From Octopus bimaculoides (taxonomy: Eukaryota): DNA of 55,095 nucleotides. Each line of letters starts with the position of its first letter. The stretch's first letter is position 1. Both the position numbers and the translations under genes were made by a program. The notes under the pieces were generated by a model, which saw only the letters and a program-made list of their open reading frames with translations, was not told the DNA's origin and did no database searches. The DNA lies in assembly GCF_001194135.2 (NCBI RefSeq), contig NC_069006.1, forward strand, positions 6,817,149-6,872,243, in the 5' to 3' direction. Below, piece after piece: positions 13,609 to 25,539 of the stretch.

Positions 13609-13713
13609 GTTCAATTTCAATTCATTATTAGTCAATAGGCTAGTTATTTAAGCCATAAACTAGTTGCTTAAATAACTAACCAATTGACTAATAATAAAGA
13701 AGTGAAATTGAAC
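13609..13713. repeat. AT-rich hairpin
   Basis: Core arms 13624-13653 and 13666-13695 pair at 28/30 with a 12-nt loop. An outer 11-bp stem GTTCAATTTCA/TGAAATTGAAC follows a small bulge. Confidence 0.85.
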
Positions 13714-14870
13714 CAGTGTGTGTGTGTTTATTAGTGTAATGACCTTCCAAAGATACAACAAAATATATTTACAGCATTTTGTCATACACTTTATTTCTTT
13801 AATGCAATTACTTTATTCCTTTACTGTATTTAGTTTGTTAACAACAGGATCTATAGTTAAGATAGTTTTCAAAACTATGATAATAGTTACAAATACTAAC
13901 AGCATTTAGTTAGATAAAAGATTAGTATTGTTTTTGAATTCAATGTAGCTTTTTGTTATTGAGAAACTATGTAGGAAGTCACAGAATGAAATTGCTTTGT
14001 TTTTTTGGCTTTTGTGTTGTTTTTTTTTTGCTGAAGAATTGTACAAAGTTATTTACCAAAGTGTATCAGGAAGAGGCAATCTGAACAGTAGCAATGATGC
14101 AATTATTTATAGTATGTAGGGGAGGGAGATAGAGTTGAAAGACTTTAATAGTATCTATGCAAGAGATTATAAGTGAACAGTTTAAGAAAAGATTTTAATC
14201 AATAAGGTAAATATAAATACCTTTAACAAAAAAAAAAAGGTTTCCTTGGAAATAAATAGGGAACAGGGAACAAGCATTTGACATGGTTATTATAAATGTC
14301 AAAGATGTAATATTAAAATCTTAAAATCACTTTTAGCTTTAAAAGGTATCCAAAAATAACAGCAATGAGAAGTAGTTTTTATTTAGAATTTCAAAGACAT
14401 TCAGCTTTGATTTTTATGTTATGAAATTACTAGAAAATATAGCTTCAAAATTTAATCCTCTGCTCAACTAATAAGAATGCATGTAGTCTGTCAGCATTTA
14501 TATCATCCATTTGTGTTGGAAGAATTATATTTTCCACAATTCACACTTCATATCTAGCCATTGAAAATAAATAATTTAGAGTGACAAGTCTTACAGACTG
14601 ATGATTCTTCTCCATCAAACACGAACAAAAATGTATTACATAATCCTCTCTTGCAACAGAAAATAATAAGCAGTGAAGTAAAAACTGAAAAAAAACCCAT
14701 TTCAAAATCAGATTTTAAAAATCTCATCCTATTCAGCATTGCTCTTATTATTCAAAGCTTTTATATACTCTCTGAAAATAATGTCCTTTTTTGTGAAGCA
14801 CCTGCTCAAAAATAAACATAGAGATTACATAAATTCAAACAAATTATTGCTTTCAAATATTTTTGTATAT

Positions 14871-15460
14871 GGGGAAACTGAGTATCCTTGTGTTTATGGG
14901 AAACTCAGCACTTTTATGAATATAGGGGGCTGAGTACCTTTATGTATATGGGGAACAAAGCGTCTTTATCTAAATAGGAGATCTGAGTACTTTCATGTAT
15001 ACTAAGAAACAGTGCATTTATGCATATGGAAAAACTGAGCACATTTATGTACACAAGGAAACTGAGACTCTTTTATTTAAATGAGAGAAACTGAATGCTA
15101 TTATGTGGATAGGAGAACTGAGCGCTACATGAAAATTGAGTGCATTTTGAGTGTATATGAGAAAACAGCACATTTATGTACAGAGAAACAGATGACCTTT
15201 AGGAAAATGATGAAAACTGAACACTTTTATGCATACAAGGAAACTGGGCACCTTTATGCAAATGAAGAAAACTGATTGCCTTTATAGATATATGTGAGAA
15301 AACTGAACACCTTTATGTATACAGGGTAACTAAGAGCCTTTATGTCTATGAGGAAACGGAATGCCTTTATGTATATAAGGAATACTTTTATGAATACAGG
15401 AAACTCAGTGCTGAGTACATTTCTGAGAAATTCTAGCACTTACGTATATAGAAAAATGAG
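14871..15460. repeat. Highly decayed ~27-bp minisatellite, about 22 units
   Basis: Consensus approximately GGAAACTGAGCACCTTTATGTATATA. Examples: GGAAAAACTGAGCACATTTATGTACACA, AGGAAACTGGGCACCTTTATGCAAAT, GAGAAAACTGAACACCTTTATGTATACA. Confidence 0.85.
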
Positions 15461-15629
15461 AAATTTTTTTCAAAGAGTTTGAATGGTTTAACTTATTAAG
15501 CTCATCATTTGTCTCTCCTTTCCTACACTCCTAAGTTCCACAATTCCACTTTCTGCAATAAGAATGAACAGATATTTTCCAGAGAAGTTTTACAATTCAT
15601 GGTGAGAGTGTACTATGGTGGGTACAAAT

Positions 15630-16160
15630 ACTGAAAAGACCAGCCAGAGTAAGCAATCAGCAGAGTAGTTAGCAATACTGAAGAGACCAGCCAGAGTAAG
15701 CAATCAGCAGAGTAGTTAGCAATACTGAAGAGACCAGCCAGAGTAAGCAATCAGCAGAGTAGTTAGCAATACTGAAGAGACCAGCCAGAGTAAGCAATCA
15801 GCAGAGTAGTTAGCNNNNNNNNNNNNNNNNNNNNNNNNNNNNNNNNNNNNNNNNNNNNNNNNNNNNNNNNNNNNNNNNNNNNNNNNNNNNNNNNNNNNNN
15901 NNNNNNNNNNNNNNNNNNNNNNNNNNNNNNNNNNNNNNNNNNNNNNNNNNNNNNNNNNNNNNNNNNNNNNNNNNNNNNNNNNNNNNNNNNNNNNNNNNNN
16001 NNNNNNNNNNNNNNNNNNNNNNNNAAGACCAGCCAGAGTAAGCAATCAGCAGAGTAGTTAGCAATACTGAAGAGACCAGCCAGAGTAAGCAATCAGCAGA
16101 GTAGTTAGCAATACTGAAGAGACCAGCCAGAGTAAGCAATCAGCAGAGTAGTTAGCAATA
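15630..16160. repeat. 47-bp tandem minisatellite spanning an N gap
   Basis: Unit ACTGAAGAGACCAGCCAGAGTAAGCAATCAGCAGAGTAGTTAGCAAT. About 4 copies lie before and about 3 after the 210-N gap. ORF-track offsets of 47 confirm the period. Confidence 0.97.
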
Positions 16161-16929
16161 TCTCTCAACCATGCATTGGCTAGACAAAAGCAACTCAAAG
16201 CTGCTCTTATCTCTTATGACATCACTCTGCTAGAACAAGAATCAGCAGAATTGGTTGTTTTCTACCCTTATTTCAGACGGTCTTAAAACAAGACTTGTTA
16301 CTGTTGAATGAGACATCAATTTGCCATGTCTTGATTCTGTCAGGACACTAATCTCATACATTAATTCCTTTTTATCACAGTAACATTTTTCATTCATATA
16401 AAACATGTGGCTCAAAGAGGTTGTATTTCATGGAGATATGAATCACACCTGTAATTTCGTAAACACATATGTACAACACTACCTCTACAAAATATGTTAA
16501 CATAAACTTTACTTTTTATGAATGTTGTGACTGAAAACTTTTATTGCATGAATTAATATCTCATTTAGACTTATACTTTAATAACATTTAGAAATAAACC
16601 CTTCCTTGCTCTTAAGCACATTCAATTAGGGCATCACTTAGACTAGTTGAAATTTACCATCTGGTGGTATCTAGGAAATACAGGAGAGAGAGAGAGAGAG
16701 TGTGTGTGTGTGTGTGTGTGTATGTGCGCACACATCTTGTTGTTGTTACACCTGTATTTTTTACAAGCCCAGCAGCAATGTGTCCCCACTTGATACACAT
16801 GTATCTTTGTGTGTGTGTGTGTGTGTGTGTGTGTATTAATAAAGGAGATGAGAACAGGAGTTACATAATGGTACAACAATGCACTATAATACAAAAAATG
16901 GACTCTATACCTGTTGTAGTCCTAGGGAT

Positions 16930-18020
16930 ATCTGAGGAAGGAATTTTATTCTGAAATATCATCAAACTATGGATATTTTTTTTAAATCAATACACAGGTC
17001 ATGTTGAAGTACTCTCCTATTTTTTTTAAAGTGGTCAAGTACACACCTACAGGAATTGGAGAGAACTGGGAGGCTGCTCATAATACATTATGCATACCAC
17101 CCTAAAAGTAATATCAACAAATTCTATTAACCAAGTAGGAAAGGAAGCAGAGGCTTGTTATATGCAGAAGATATTACCAGTGCTGTTATTTGGGGTCTGA
17201 AAAACTATATTGTGAATAGTGAAGGAAAACTGATCTGCATCTAGAAATATTGAAAAAGTGACAGGTTTCAAGAACATAAAGAAGAACAACAGGACATTGA
17301 GCTGGATGAAGAAGGAACTAGAATTCATGCAACAAACCAAGGATACTAGAAGTGAAAAATGCCAGTTGTAGTTGAAAGATGGAAACCTGAAATGAGAAGC
17401 CTAAGTGACTGAATTGCTAATTACAGTCACTTAGGAATAGTATGCATTTGATACAAAGAATGTTAAAATTCAGTCAGACAGCAAACACAGAATATATGGA
17501 AATGGGAATAAAAGTATTAACCATTTTCTCAGCAAGTGCAGTAAGTCACCATGAAAAGAGTATAAATGCAGTCATGACTGTGTTGGAAAAAGAATGCATT
17601 GAAATGTTAGCCAAGTTTTTTGGAATCTAAATGAGGGTAAAGCTTTATGAATGTGAGTCTGTGGCTATCATGGGGAATAATAATTACAGGATCTTATAGG
17701 ATTTCTTCATAAAGATTGATCATGTTATTGAAGCAAGGAGAGTAGACATGATTTTGGCAATTCTGTCCGACCGAAGTGTAGATATCAAGGAAACTGTGAA
17801 AATTGAGAATCATCAGAACTCTGTCAGAATGATAAAGAGATTGTAGAAAACAAGGGTGACAATTGTACCACTAGTAATTGGTGCACTCACTACAGTGTCA
17901 AAACTGATACCTAAGTGATTGAAAGGATATTGGAATTGAGAGAAATATTGTCAATGCACAAAAAAGTGCCATCTTATATTCTGCAAGAATCCTAAGAAGA
18001 ATATTTGAGATTTCAGAATA
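16930..18020 (+). mobile_element. Decayed non-LTR retrotransposon of R4/Dong type (RT C-terminus, CCHC knuckle, restriction-like endonuclease), 5'-truncated
   Basis: Manual translation through stops: ELERTGRLLIIHYAYHPKSNINKFY*PSRKGSRGLL (cf. RKTRKLLT..HHPKADVDRLYLPRK.GGRGL); SINHFLSKCSKSP*KEYKCSHDCVGKRMH (CCHC region); RIL*DFFIKIDHVIEARRVDMI (cf. ILWDF.IQTDH.IEARRPDI); TIVPLVIGALTTV; ARILRRIF. Many stops and frameshifts. Confidence 0.88.
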
Positions 18021-18089
18021 GTAGTTGTCATAAAATCTTGGAATAACATCTCTACTTATTAAATTATCATGTAATAGCTTTTGTATAAT

Positions 18090-18222
18090 AACAACAACTA
18101 AGTTAACTTTGCTTTTCATCCTTTCAGGATCAATGAAATAAGTACCAGTTGAGCACTGGGGGTCACTGTAATCAACTTACTTCCTGCCCTAAAATTGCCG
18201 GCCTTGTGCCAAAATTTGAAAC

Positions 18223-18270
<48 letters not shown>

Positions 18271-18460
18271 TACTGAAGCCAGACAAAATGCTCAATGGCA
18301 TTACAGTCTGGCTTTACATTCTGAGTTCAAATGCTACTACGGTCAATTTTGCTTTCCTTCCTTTTGGGGTGAATAAAATAAAGTATAATCGATATAATCA
18401 ATTTGCCTCCTCCACTAAAATTCACTCGCCTTATACCAAAATTAGAAAGAATTATTATTG
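18090..18460 (+). mobile_element. Two family-B SINE fragments flanking (TTA)n
   Basis: ~18090-18223 ends in the (TTA)n at 18224-18269; second copy at ~18280-18460. Confidence 0.8.
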
Positions 18461-18879
18461 TTGTTGTTGCTGTCCACTTCCATTGCTCATTCAAAATAAA
18501 GCTATTAACATCAGTAATTGGCATATAATGTCCAAAAATGTACACATTTTTAAGTGGTAAAAAATATTCTCTAGTCTAGAGTCAATATGTAATCAAGTCA
18601 ATATCCAATAAATCATAGTTTTTAAATATCATCATCCAACAATTTTTCTCCATGTTGCTGTGAGATTTACAAAACTGCCCATTAAAGTCCATATTTATTT
18701 TGCTATTCTAACTATTTTCATAATTCCAACTCTTGATTTTTTTTCCCCTCTTTATTAATACTAGTTAACAAATTAAGTACAATATTAGTGAAGTCAAGTT
18801 GCACACTTATTGACCACATGGTTGCAGGTTCAAATTTTACAGTGCAGTGCACTCTGGGCAACCACACAACTTTAATTAC

Positions 18880-19035
18880 TTTAGCTAGTCTAGCTCCCCA
18901 TCCAGAATACTCTAATGTGTCTGAATGCCCGCCCAGAGTGTTCTAGTTAGTTAAAATGACCAATTAGAGTACCCTAGCTTCTCTAACTGACCACTTTGAT
19001 TCTTTCAGCTAGTCTAACTGACCAAAGTACTTTCA
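18880..19035. repeat. Degenerate short direct repeats (AGCTAGTCTAACTGACCA-like)
   Basis: TAGCTAGTCTAGCT, CTAGCTTCTCTAACTGACCA, CAGCTAGTCTAACTGACCAAAG. Confidence 0.5.
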
Positions 19036-20055
19036 TAGTTCATGTGGTTCGTAAAATAGAGGCAAAAAAAAAGAAAAACAATTGTTCTAGCAAGATGAAA
19101 ATGTCTAAATCTTCAAGAACAAGAAAAGGTGGAAACAAATTTATTCACTGCTAGTATGGAAAAATAGACGTAAAAGAATCTCAAACCAGAAAAGAAATGA
19201 AACAAGATTGTATTTTCATAAAGCTTTGAATTAGTATCATGGTATTTACTAAATATGGATTACTACTTGTAGTTATTTCGAGACAGAGTTTAAAGATATG
19301 TTTGTTTGTTTGTTTACTATTTAGTGATCTGTCGTTACAAATGGTTGTTGTTTCCATTTCTCAGACAGTTTACCTAAACCTGGCAATATGGTTGTAATCT
19401 GGTTGTCTGAAATATTCCAGCTGATGGCAGTCTGGTACAGAAGAATTGTTGAGAATGTTTTGACAGCCACTGGATTACAGTATCAAGTCTCATCCTTGAT
19501 TTGTGATGTTGCAGATTTCTGGGAGGTGGAAGACATCCAGGGCACTTGTAGTCCGAAACAAACACACAACCATGACACACTTGGCAGCTGTCATCTTAAA
19601 CATTTGTCAAAACATTATCTATTTATTTACATCTTGTTTGTTTGTTGTTAACAGAAGAAGGAGGCATTGTCCATGACATTTTTCAAGGTCCTAAGAATGG
19701 TGGAGCTTTAACGAACTGAACCCTTCATAAAACCCTTCCTGTCCATCAACTCCTTTGATTCCTAACATCTCCAACTACATGAACCCATCCAACAATGCAT
19801 GTATCTATCATTCCTGTGGCCACTTGTTTACATTTGTTTCAAATGAAGATATGAACTCTCTCTAATCTAAGGGAGAAAGCATTAATCCCTTAAGCTAAAC
19901 AATCAGCTATGTTTGTCAAAAGTCCGTTTGTCTCCATTCATGACCTCCTCAATGACATGCTCTCTTTATTTCAGGTCTCTATCATTTATTCATATTCCTT
20001 TACATTCACTGTTACAATCAAGACACATTTTTGCTGAATTTTTACAATTTATGTT

Positions 20056-20336
20056 TGGTCCAGTGGTTAGGGTGTGGTACTCATGGTTTAGTGATCATGG
20101 GTTCGATTCCCAGACCAGTAGTACATTCTATTCTTGAGCAAAACACTTCATTTTACACAGCTCCATTCCATTCAGCTGTAAATGAGTCACCCTGTGACAA
20201 ACTAGCTTTCTGATCAAGGTGAATGTTATCCTACTTGCTTAGCCAGTGGGGTGACATCATTCAAACACTAAAACACATTGTGACCAGCAATGTAAAACAG
20301 CATCCAGTAGTCTGGTCGATCATGTGATCACATGAT
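20056..20336 (+). mobile_element. tRNA-derived SINE, family E (CORE-like TTGAGCAAAACACTT)
   Basis: A/B boxes GGTCCAGTGGTTAGG...GGGTTCGATTCCC. Related copies lie at ~180-312 (-), 2840-2935 (-), 37950-38170 (+) and 52978-53175 (+). Too degraded to be tRNA genes. Confidence 0.75.
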
Positions 20337-20831
20337 TTTTGGAGATTTAGATTTTACTGAGACTTTTGTGCATATGTAGATATGTTGTTTCTGAGGGGAA
20401 TAACTCAGATTACCTGCAAATTTCATAATGGAAATATACAAAAAGCTCAGGAAAAAACATCTTTTCTTTTTTGGTTGGTTTCAATGTTTTTATATCCATA
20501 CCTGTTACTAATGGCATTTAATTTGTAATTAATATCTATTTTCACCATCTTTTTTTCAGTGATTTTGTCTTTTAATCATTATTATGTAATTAATTAACAA
20601 ACCTACATGTGCAATATTATTTTTAGCACAAATGACTATTTACATTTTAAAAAGAAAAACTAAATCTTTTCTGCAATAATGCCAACATTCATGATAATCT
20701 GATATCAATAAACATTTGAATAAACAAACCCATTTCTTGGTATTTCATGTTCCATCATTACAGGACTGAAAGTTTGACTTAGAAAATATTCAAAAGGATT
20801 TAACGTTGTGTTCTTTCTTGGTTCAAATTAA

Positions 20832-21032
20832 TCCTTGAACATTCATATTACTCTGTCAAATGTAATCTTTATTTATTCACATTGCATTATTTCATAGATT
20901 TAAGATTTCAATGATATGATTGTTATTTTTAGAATGACATTGTAGTGTAGGTGTGATAGGTCAGATCTGACTGGTTTGAACATAAAACAGGTAGAATATT
21001 TTGGCCAGGTTTGGCTTTTAAATGCTAAAGTA
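20832..21032. mobile_element. piggyBac-like MITE, family P1 (opposite orientation, older)
   Basis: TTAA-TCCTTGAACATTCATATTACTCTGTCAAAT...AAATGCTAAAGTA-TTAA. The interior matches the reverse complement of 49284-49502. Confidence 0.7.
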
Positions 21033-21977
21033 TTAAAGAAACTACTCATCTAGTCAAGATGAAAAAAACTTTCCAGTCTAGAAGTACAATCCTTTCTTCT
21101 CTGCTTATCTACAACAGTTTATATCTAGCACTGTTGTAGTCAAGTCTTTTCTCTTCAACAATACTGACTACTGCTAACATCTTTTAGTTCACACATTGCA
21201 CAGAGAGGGGGGAGAGAGGGAGGGAGGGAGAGAGAGAGATTTCAGTATTACTGTCTTTGAAAGTTCTGTTAGATTACACAGTTAAATAAAAGAATGTAAT
21301 GTTGAAAATGTCTACAATATGCAGTCATGTGTAACATTAAAGAATCTTGGAAAGGAATATAGCTTTATTTATACTTTGCCTCTGTAACATTATTCTAAAA
21401 TTTCAAGTAAAGTAAATATCTATGAATAATAAAACCTATTTTTGAATTAATATTACAAGCTCTTATAAAAATATAGTTATAAAGGAATAAACTGATTTAT
21501 GTGTTTTATATACGGTCAGCCACTCTGGTATAAATTTTCTGACTCTAAATTTACAATGCTCACTCTCTATAACCACCAAGTTATTTTTGACTTATTTGCT
21601 TGCTAGTTTTATATTTTCCTTCTCTATTTTTATTGAATTGTTGAAAATTTATATTCATTTTATTCTCAATAATCCATCACTTCAAAATAATGTCTATCAA
21701 ACCAAACACAATATGGAATAATTTGTAAGGTTGTTGAATGTGATATCTTGAAGCAAACACTGAATGAATGATTCAAATTGTAATTTCTTAGTGAAGAGTA
21801 CTTTACAAATGTATTATTAATGATGATAGAATTTGTCAAGTTCTTAATAAAGTACAGCATATACTTGGAATAAAATGATGAAGTATGCTTGAACCAAGAG
21901 CTTTGGCTGAACCCCATTTTAAAACCACTTTTAACTTATGACCTATTTTTCTGTGCTAATAATAATAATGTTACACA

Positions 21978-22370
21978 TAGGCACAGGCATGGCTATGTGG
22001 TTAAGAAGCTCACATTGCGACCACATGGTTTTGGGTTCAGTCCTACAGCATGGCAAACTGGACAAGTGTCTTCTAATATACCCTGAGCCAACCAATGCCT
22101 TGTGATTGCATTTGGTAAATGGAAACAGTGTGAAATCCCATCCTCTGTGTGTGTGTGTGTGTGTGTGTGCGCCCCTCCTTTCCATTGCTTGACAGCTGGT
22201 ATTGGTTTATGTCTCTGTAACTTAGCAGTTTGGCTAAAATGACCAGTAGTGTGTAAGTACCAGACTTAAAAAATGAGTACTGGATTTGATTTGTTCCACT
22301 AAACCCTCTAAAGCAAAGCCCCAGCATCACCACAATTCAATATCTAAAACAGATAAAAGATAAAGATAAG
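21978..22370 (+). mobile_element. Family-A composite SINE
   Basis: GGCACAGGCATGGCTATGTGGTTAAG head, internal (TG)n, and a 3' domain ending GATAAAAGATAAAG. Confidence 0.85.
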
Positions 22371-23049
22371 TATGAACCTCACTTTTGTAGAGAATGGAAT
22401 GCTGTCAGTGGCATGTTAGTGATGGCTATATTGCTGGCCCAGAAACAGGCATCACCAAACAACTATCCTCCCAAGCAATCAAATAAAAACTAATGAGATT
22501 GGTGCCATCAGCTTGTTATCTGAACCAGTTTACCAAACCTTAGATTATATGTTGAGTTAGAACAAAAATGCTATTTTAATAAGAATACTAACAACATGTC
22601 TGTATAAACCACATCCCATAATGAGTACAGTAATTTATAGAGAATTAGAGAAGTGTAGTTACTTTGAGACAAGAGTATGCCCAACAAAATATTGATCACA
22701 AAATATTATGGAAACAAGTACTGTGCAAGAATGTTTATTTTCTAACCTCTACTTCAAAATGGGGAGTTGAGTAGATGCGAAGGCAGGAGTGGGGGGGGGC
22801 ACGCCACATGTCAATAAGTCAAGGTAGATAACCATGGTGTTACATAGTGGGTCTAGTCATTAGGTTAAATCTACAACAGAAAACTGAGATGGGGTTTGCA
22901 AACGTGACTGAAAAGTTCTAAATTTCCTATCAACATATTCCTGCAGAGAAAATCAATTTGTTGAGCTGATATGACTGTATGAAAAGATAAAGTCAATAAA
23001 CTGATTGCATGACTAAATTTTTGAGATGAGTTATTACAATAATAACTTT

Positions 23050-23350
23050 AAATTTTCCAAACTATTAACTTTCATATTTTTATACTTAACATAGTGTTAT
23101 GATTGGCTGTACCTCCAATCATCTTCAGGTATCCTTTTCAACATATTTACAATTCCATTGATTGGTTTAGCACTCAAAATATTTTAAATATTTTTAAGCA
23201 TTCTGCTACCATACTTCATAAATAAAGTGTCTGAAGAAAATGTACATATGGAAGAACAAAGCACTCGAAAATATTTGAAAATTAAATAAATCAAAATGTT
23301 GTATTAAACCAAAAATATTTTTAAAAATAGGTTAATAGTCCATAAAATTT
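23050..23350. repeat. Older fold-back element with termini related to 27166-27340
   Basis: Left AAATTTTCCAAACTATTAACT and right GGTTAATAGTCCATAAAATTT resemble the 27166 termini. Internal TCTTCAG and CTGAAGA...CGAAA face each other. Confidence 0.6.
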
Positions 23351-23933
23351 CAATTAAGTCAATCAAGTGTTTAATTGTGCCTGCTACTAAATTAAGAATA
23401 TAAAGAGGAATAAAATTATAGAATTAAAAAACAGATGGTAGAAAAAAATGTAGAAATGATCTAAAGTGTTGGCATTGTGGTATATTGTTGCTTCATGAAT
23501 GCAACAGCAACATCACTCCTGTATGAGAACTCTTTCCATAAAAAATTAATAAAATATTTTCTATTGCTGAAGTTATGTTTTTAAAAATTAATTTGCATTC
23601 AGGGACTGTCTTCCTTGCCTTCCTTCAGTCATAATGATAATGATGTTTTTATTTTCCTCGTTATTATGGGTGTGTAATTTTAATTAGCTAAAATTTCCTG
23701 GTTCATTAAGTCAAGTGTGTTAGCACCAACTTTCTTATTTGCAAGTAACAATTTGGAAAGAACAGGCTGATATAAAACAGGAAATAAGAACCATTGTGTA
23801 ATCAAGTGAAGTGTGATACAAAACACACTGGATGGACACTGGATAGCCACAGCAGCCTCCACCAACAAGTGTCAAAGTGTTAGGAATGTTAGGCAAAGTT
23901 ACTGACTGCAGTCTATAACCAGAGACTATAGGT

Positions 23934-24168
23934 CAAGGGTTCTCAAACCTTTTCCTACTTATGGACCCATTTGATTCTTATTTCACTTTACTGGACCCCC
24001 ATAGCCAGTCAATGTTTTTAAAAAATCATGTTTTTATAACTGTATACAAAGAAGTTGTTAAACTGTTATATGTATTGTAGAGGTATTACCAGTTTATTGC
24101 ATGTGAATTTTAACAAAATCTTTTATGGACCCTCTAGGAGTCATATGAACCCAGGCTGAGAACCATTG
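23934..24168. mobile_element. Non-autonomous hAT (Charlie-like) MITE
   Basis: TIRs CAAGGGTTCTCAAAC and GGCTGAGAACCATTG. The 8-bp flanks CTATAGGT and CTATAGAT match 7/8, consistent with a hAT TSD. Confidence 0.8.
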
Positions 24169-24247
24169 CTATAGATAAATGCAATATAAGCATATCCAAG
24201 GCTCTGAAAAGTTCATGAAACTATTTGCCTAAGTATGGTATGGTTAA

Positions 24248-24451
24248 CCCTTTTATTAGCATATCTCTTTTGAAACGTTTTTTTTTTCCAATTAATTATG
24301 AAAATAATGAAGAACTTAATAAAATAACTTTGTCCTTATCAAGCTGGTACTTGGAGAAAAAAATTAACTTGAGATTTGTTAGGTTTCAATTTTGATGATT
24401 TTAAAACAGGAAATTTGTAACATCGATCCAGGTGAGTTGACATCAAAAGGG
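24248..24451. mobile_element. piggyBac-like MITE, family P2
   Basis: TTAA-CCCTTTT...AAAAGGG-TTAA. Confidence 0.7.
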
Positions 24452-25539
24452 TTAAAAGAGAGATTTCACTGATTAGCTTAGATCTGATATTGGTTCTAGA
24501 CAGCTGTCAACTGAGGCACATGGAATTGAAACTCAAGAAATATACAACAAAATATTTGTATTTCATATGAATTCATAATTTTTTCCACTGCTCTTTGTCA
24601 CTTCTACAATCAGTTGCAATAGCGAACAACAAAACTAGCAGTTTCAAAAACTTGTAGGGCTTGCCTCTGTATCTTGTTAGTTGCAATAATAGCTAATTTA
24701 CTCCAGTTACATACCACAGAATTATGCGAAACCAAGCTAGCTGAAAGATACACAAAAACAGAATCATTTGACAAATCAAGGGGTAAGAATTAGTCTAATT
24801 TCAATGCAATGAGAATGTACTTGTGACCAATCATAACAGAGCAACCACATTCAACTGGTCAATATACAAATTGCCTAGAAACATCAGACATAGATATGTT
24901 AGGTTGTTACTGAACAAAAGACATTCACTGTTGTATAACCAGAACAATTACTATCTACACGTGTGAATCTCATGACTTTAATTTTGCTTGCAGGGTAAAA
25001 ATGTCAAAGCAGATTTCTTATTCACTTACCCTTTGTTTCTCAACAAGAATTCAATAAAATCAACCAATATAATTTTAGAAACACAGATTAAAACATACAC
25101 CTTTGTTTCCTTGTAGTTATTGTTTCACCCATGCCGCCCACCCTCACCCCTAGTCACATCAGAACATTCTGTTACTGACATACTCCATTTTCAGCCAGCA
25201 GTCTTCCGTATATTTTACTGCCAATTAGTTAACAACTAAAATAAATGGTGGGGAAATAAACTCAGCCAAAAAAAAAAAAAAAAGAGAGAGACTTTTTCAC
25301 CAAAGCAAAATAACTGTTCAGACACTTCGTTATTGTACTTCAAAGAATTTATTCATGTGAAGCATTTAATTTAGTAGAAAGCTATGATATAGCTTCTTTT
25401 TTTTTTATTTAAATAACAGATAATTTGAATTATCTTACAAATAATTTTTTTGTGTGTGTGTATGAGTGAGTGTGGGTGAGTGGGTGTGGGTGAGTGGTTA
25501 ATAGGAGAAAGATCATGCAACTGTAAAACTTACTTCAGA

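Noticed and set aside
14597-14815. 72-codon open frame after TTACAG (TDDSSPSNTNKN...)
   Set aside because: Weak polypyrimidine tract and no strong donor; could be chance.
14871-15460. CRISPR-like array or repetitive protein (ORF 15081-15275)
   Set aside because: No constant repeat/variable spacer alternation; unit length varies and breaks frame.
15630-16160. CRISPR-like array (47-bp repeat)
   Set aside because: Units are contiguous with no unique spacers, there are no cas genes, and the context is eukaryotic.
19380-19600. Possible L1/Tx1 RT remnant on the minus strand (QTAISWNISDN)
   Set aside because: Only a faint single-motif resemblance; insufficient to call.
20056-20120. tRNA gene
   Set aside because: A/B boxes are present but there is no cloverleaf, and it continues into a SINE body. 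The same applies to the other SINE heads.
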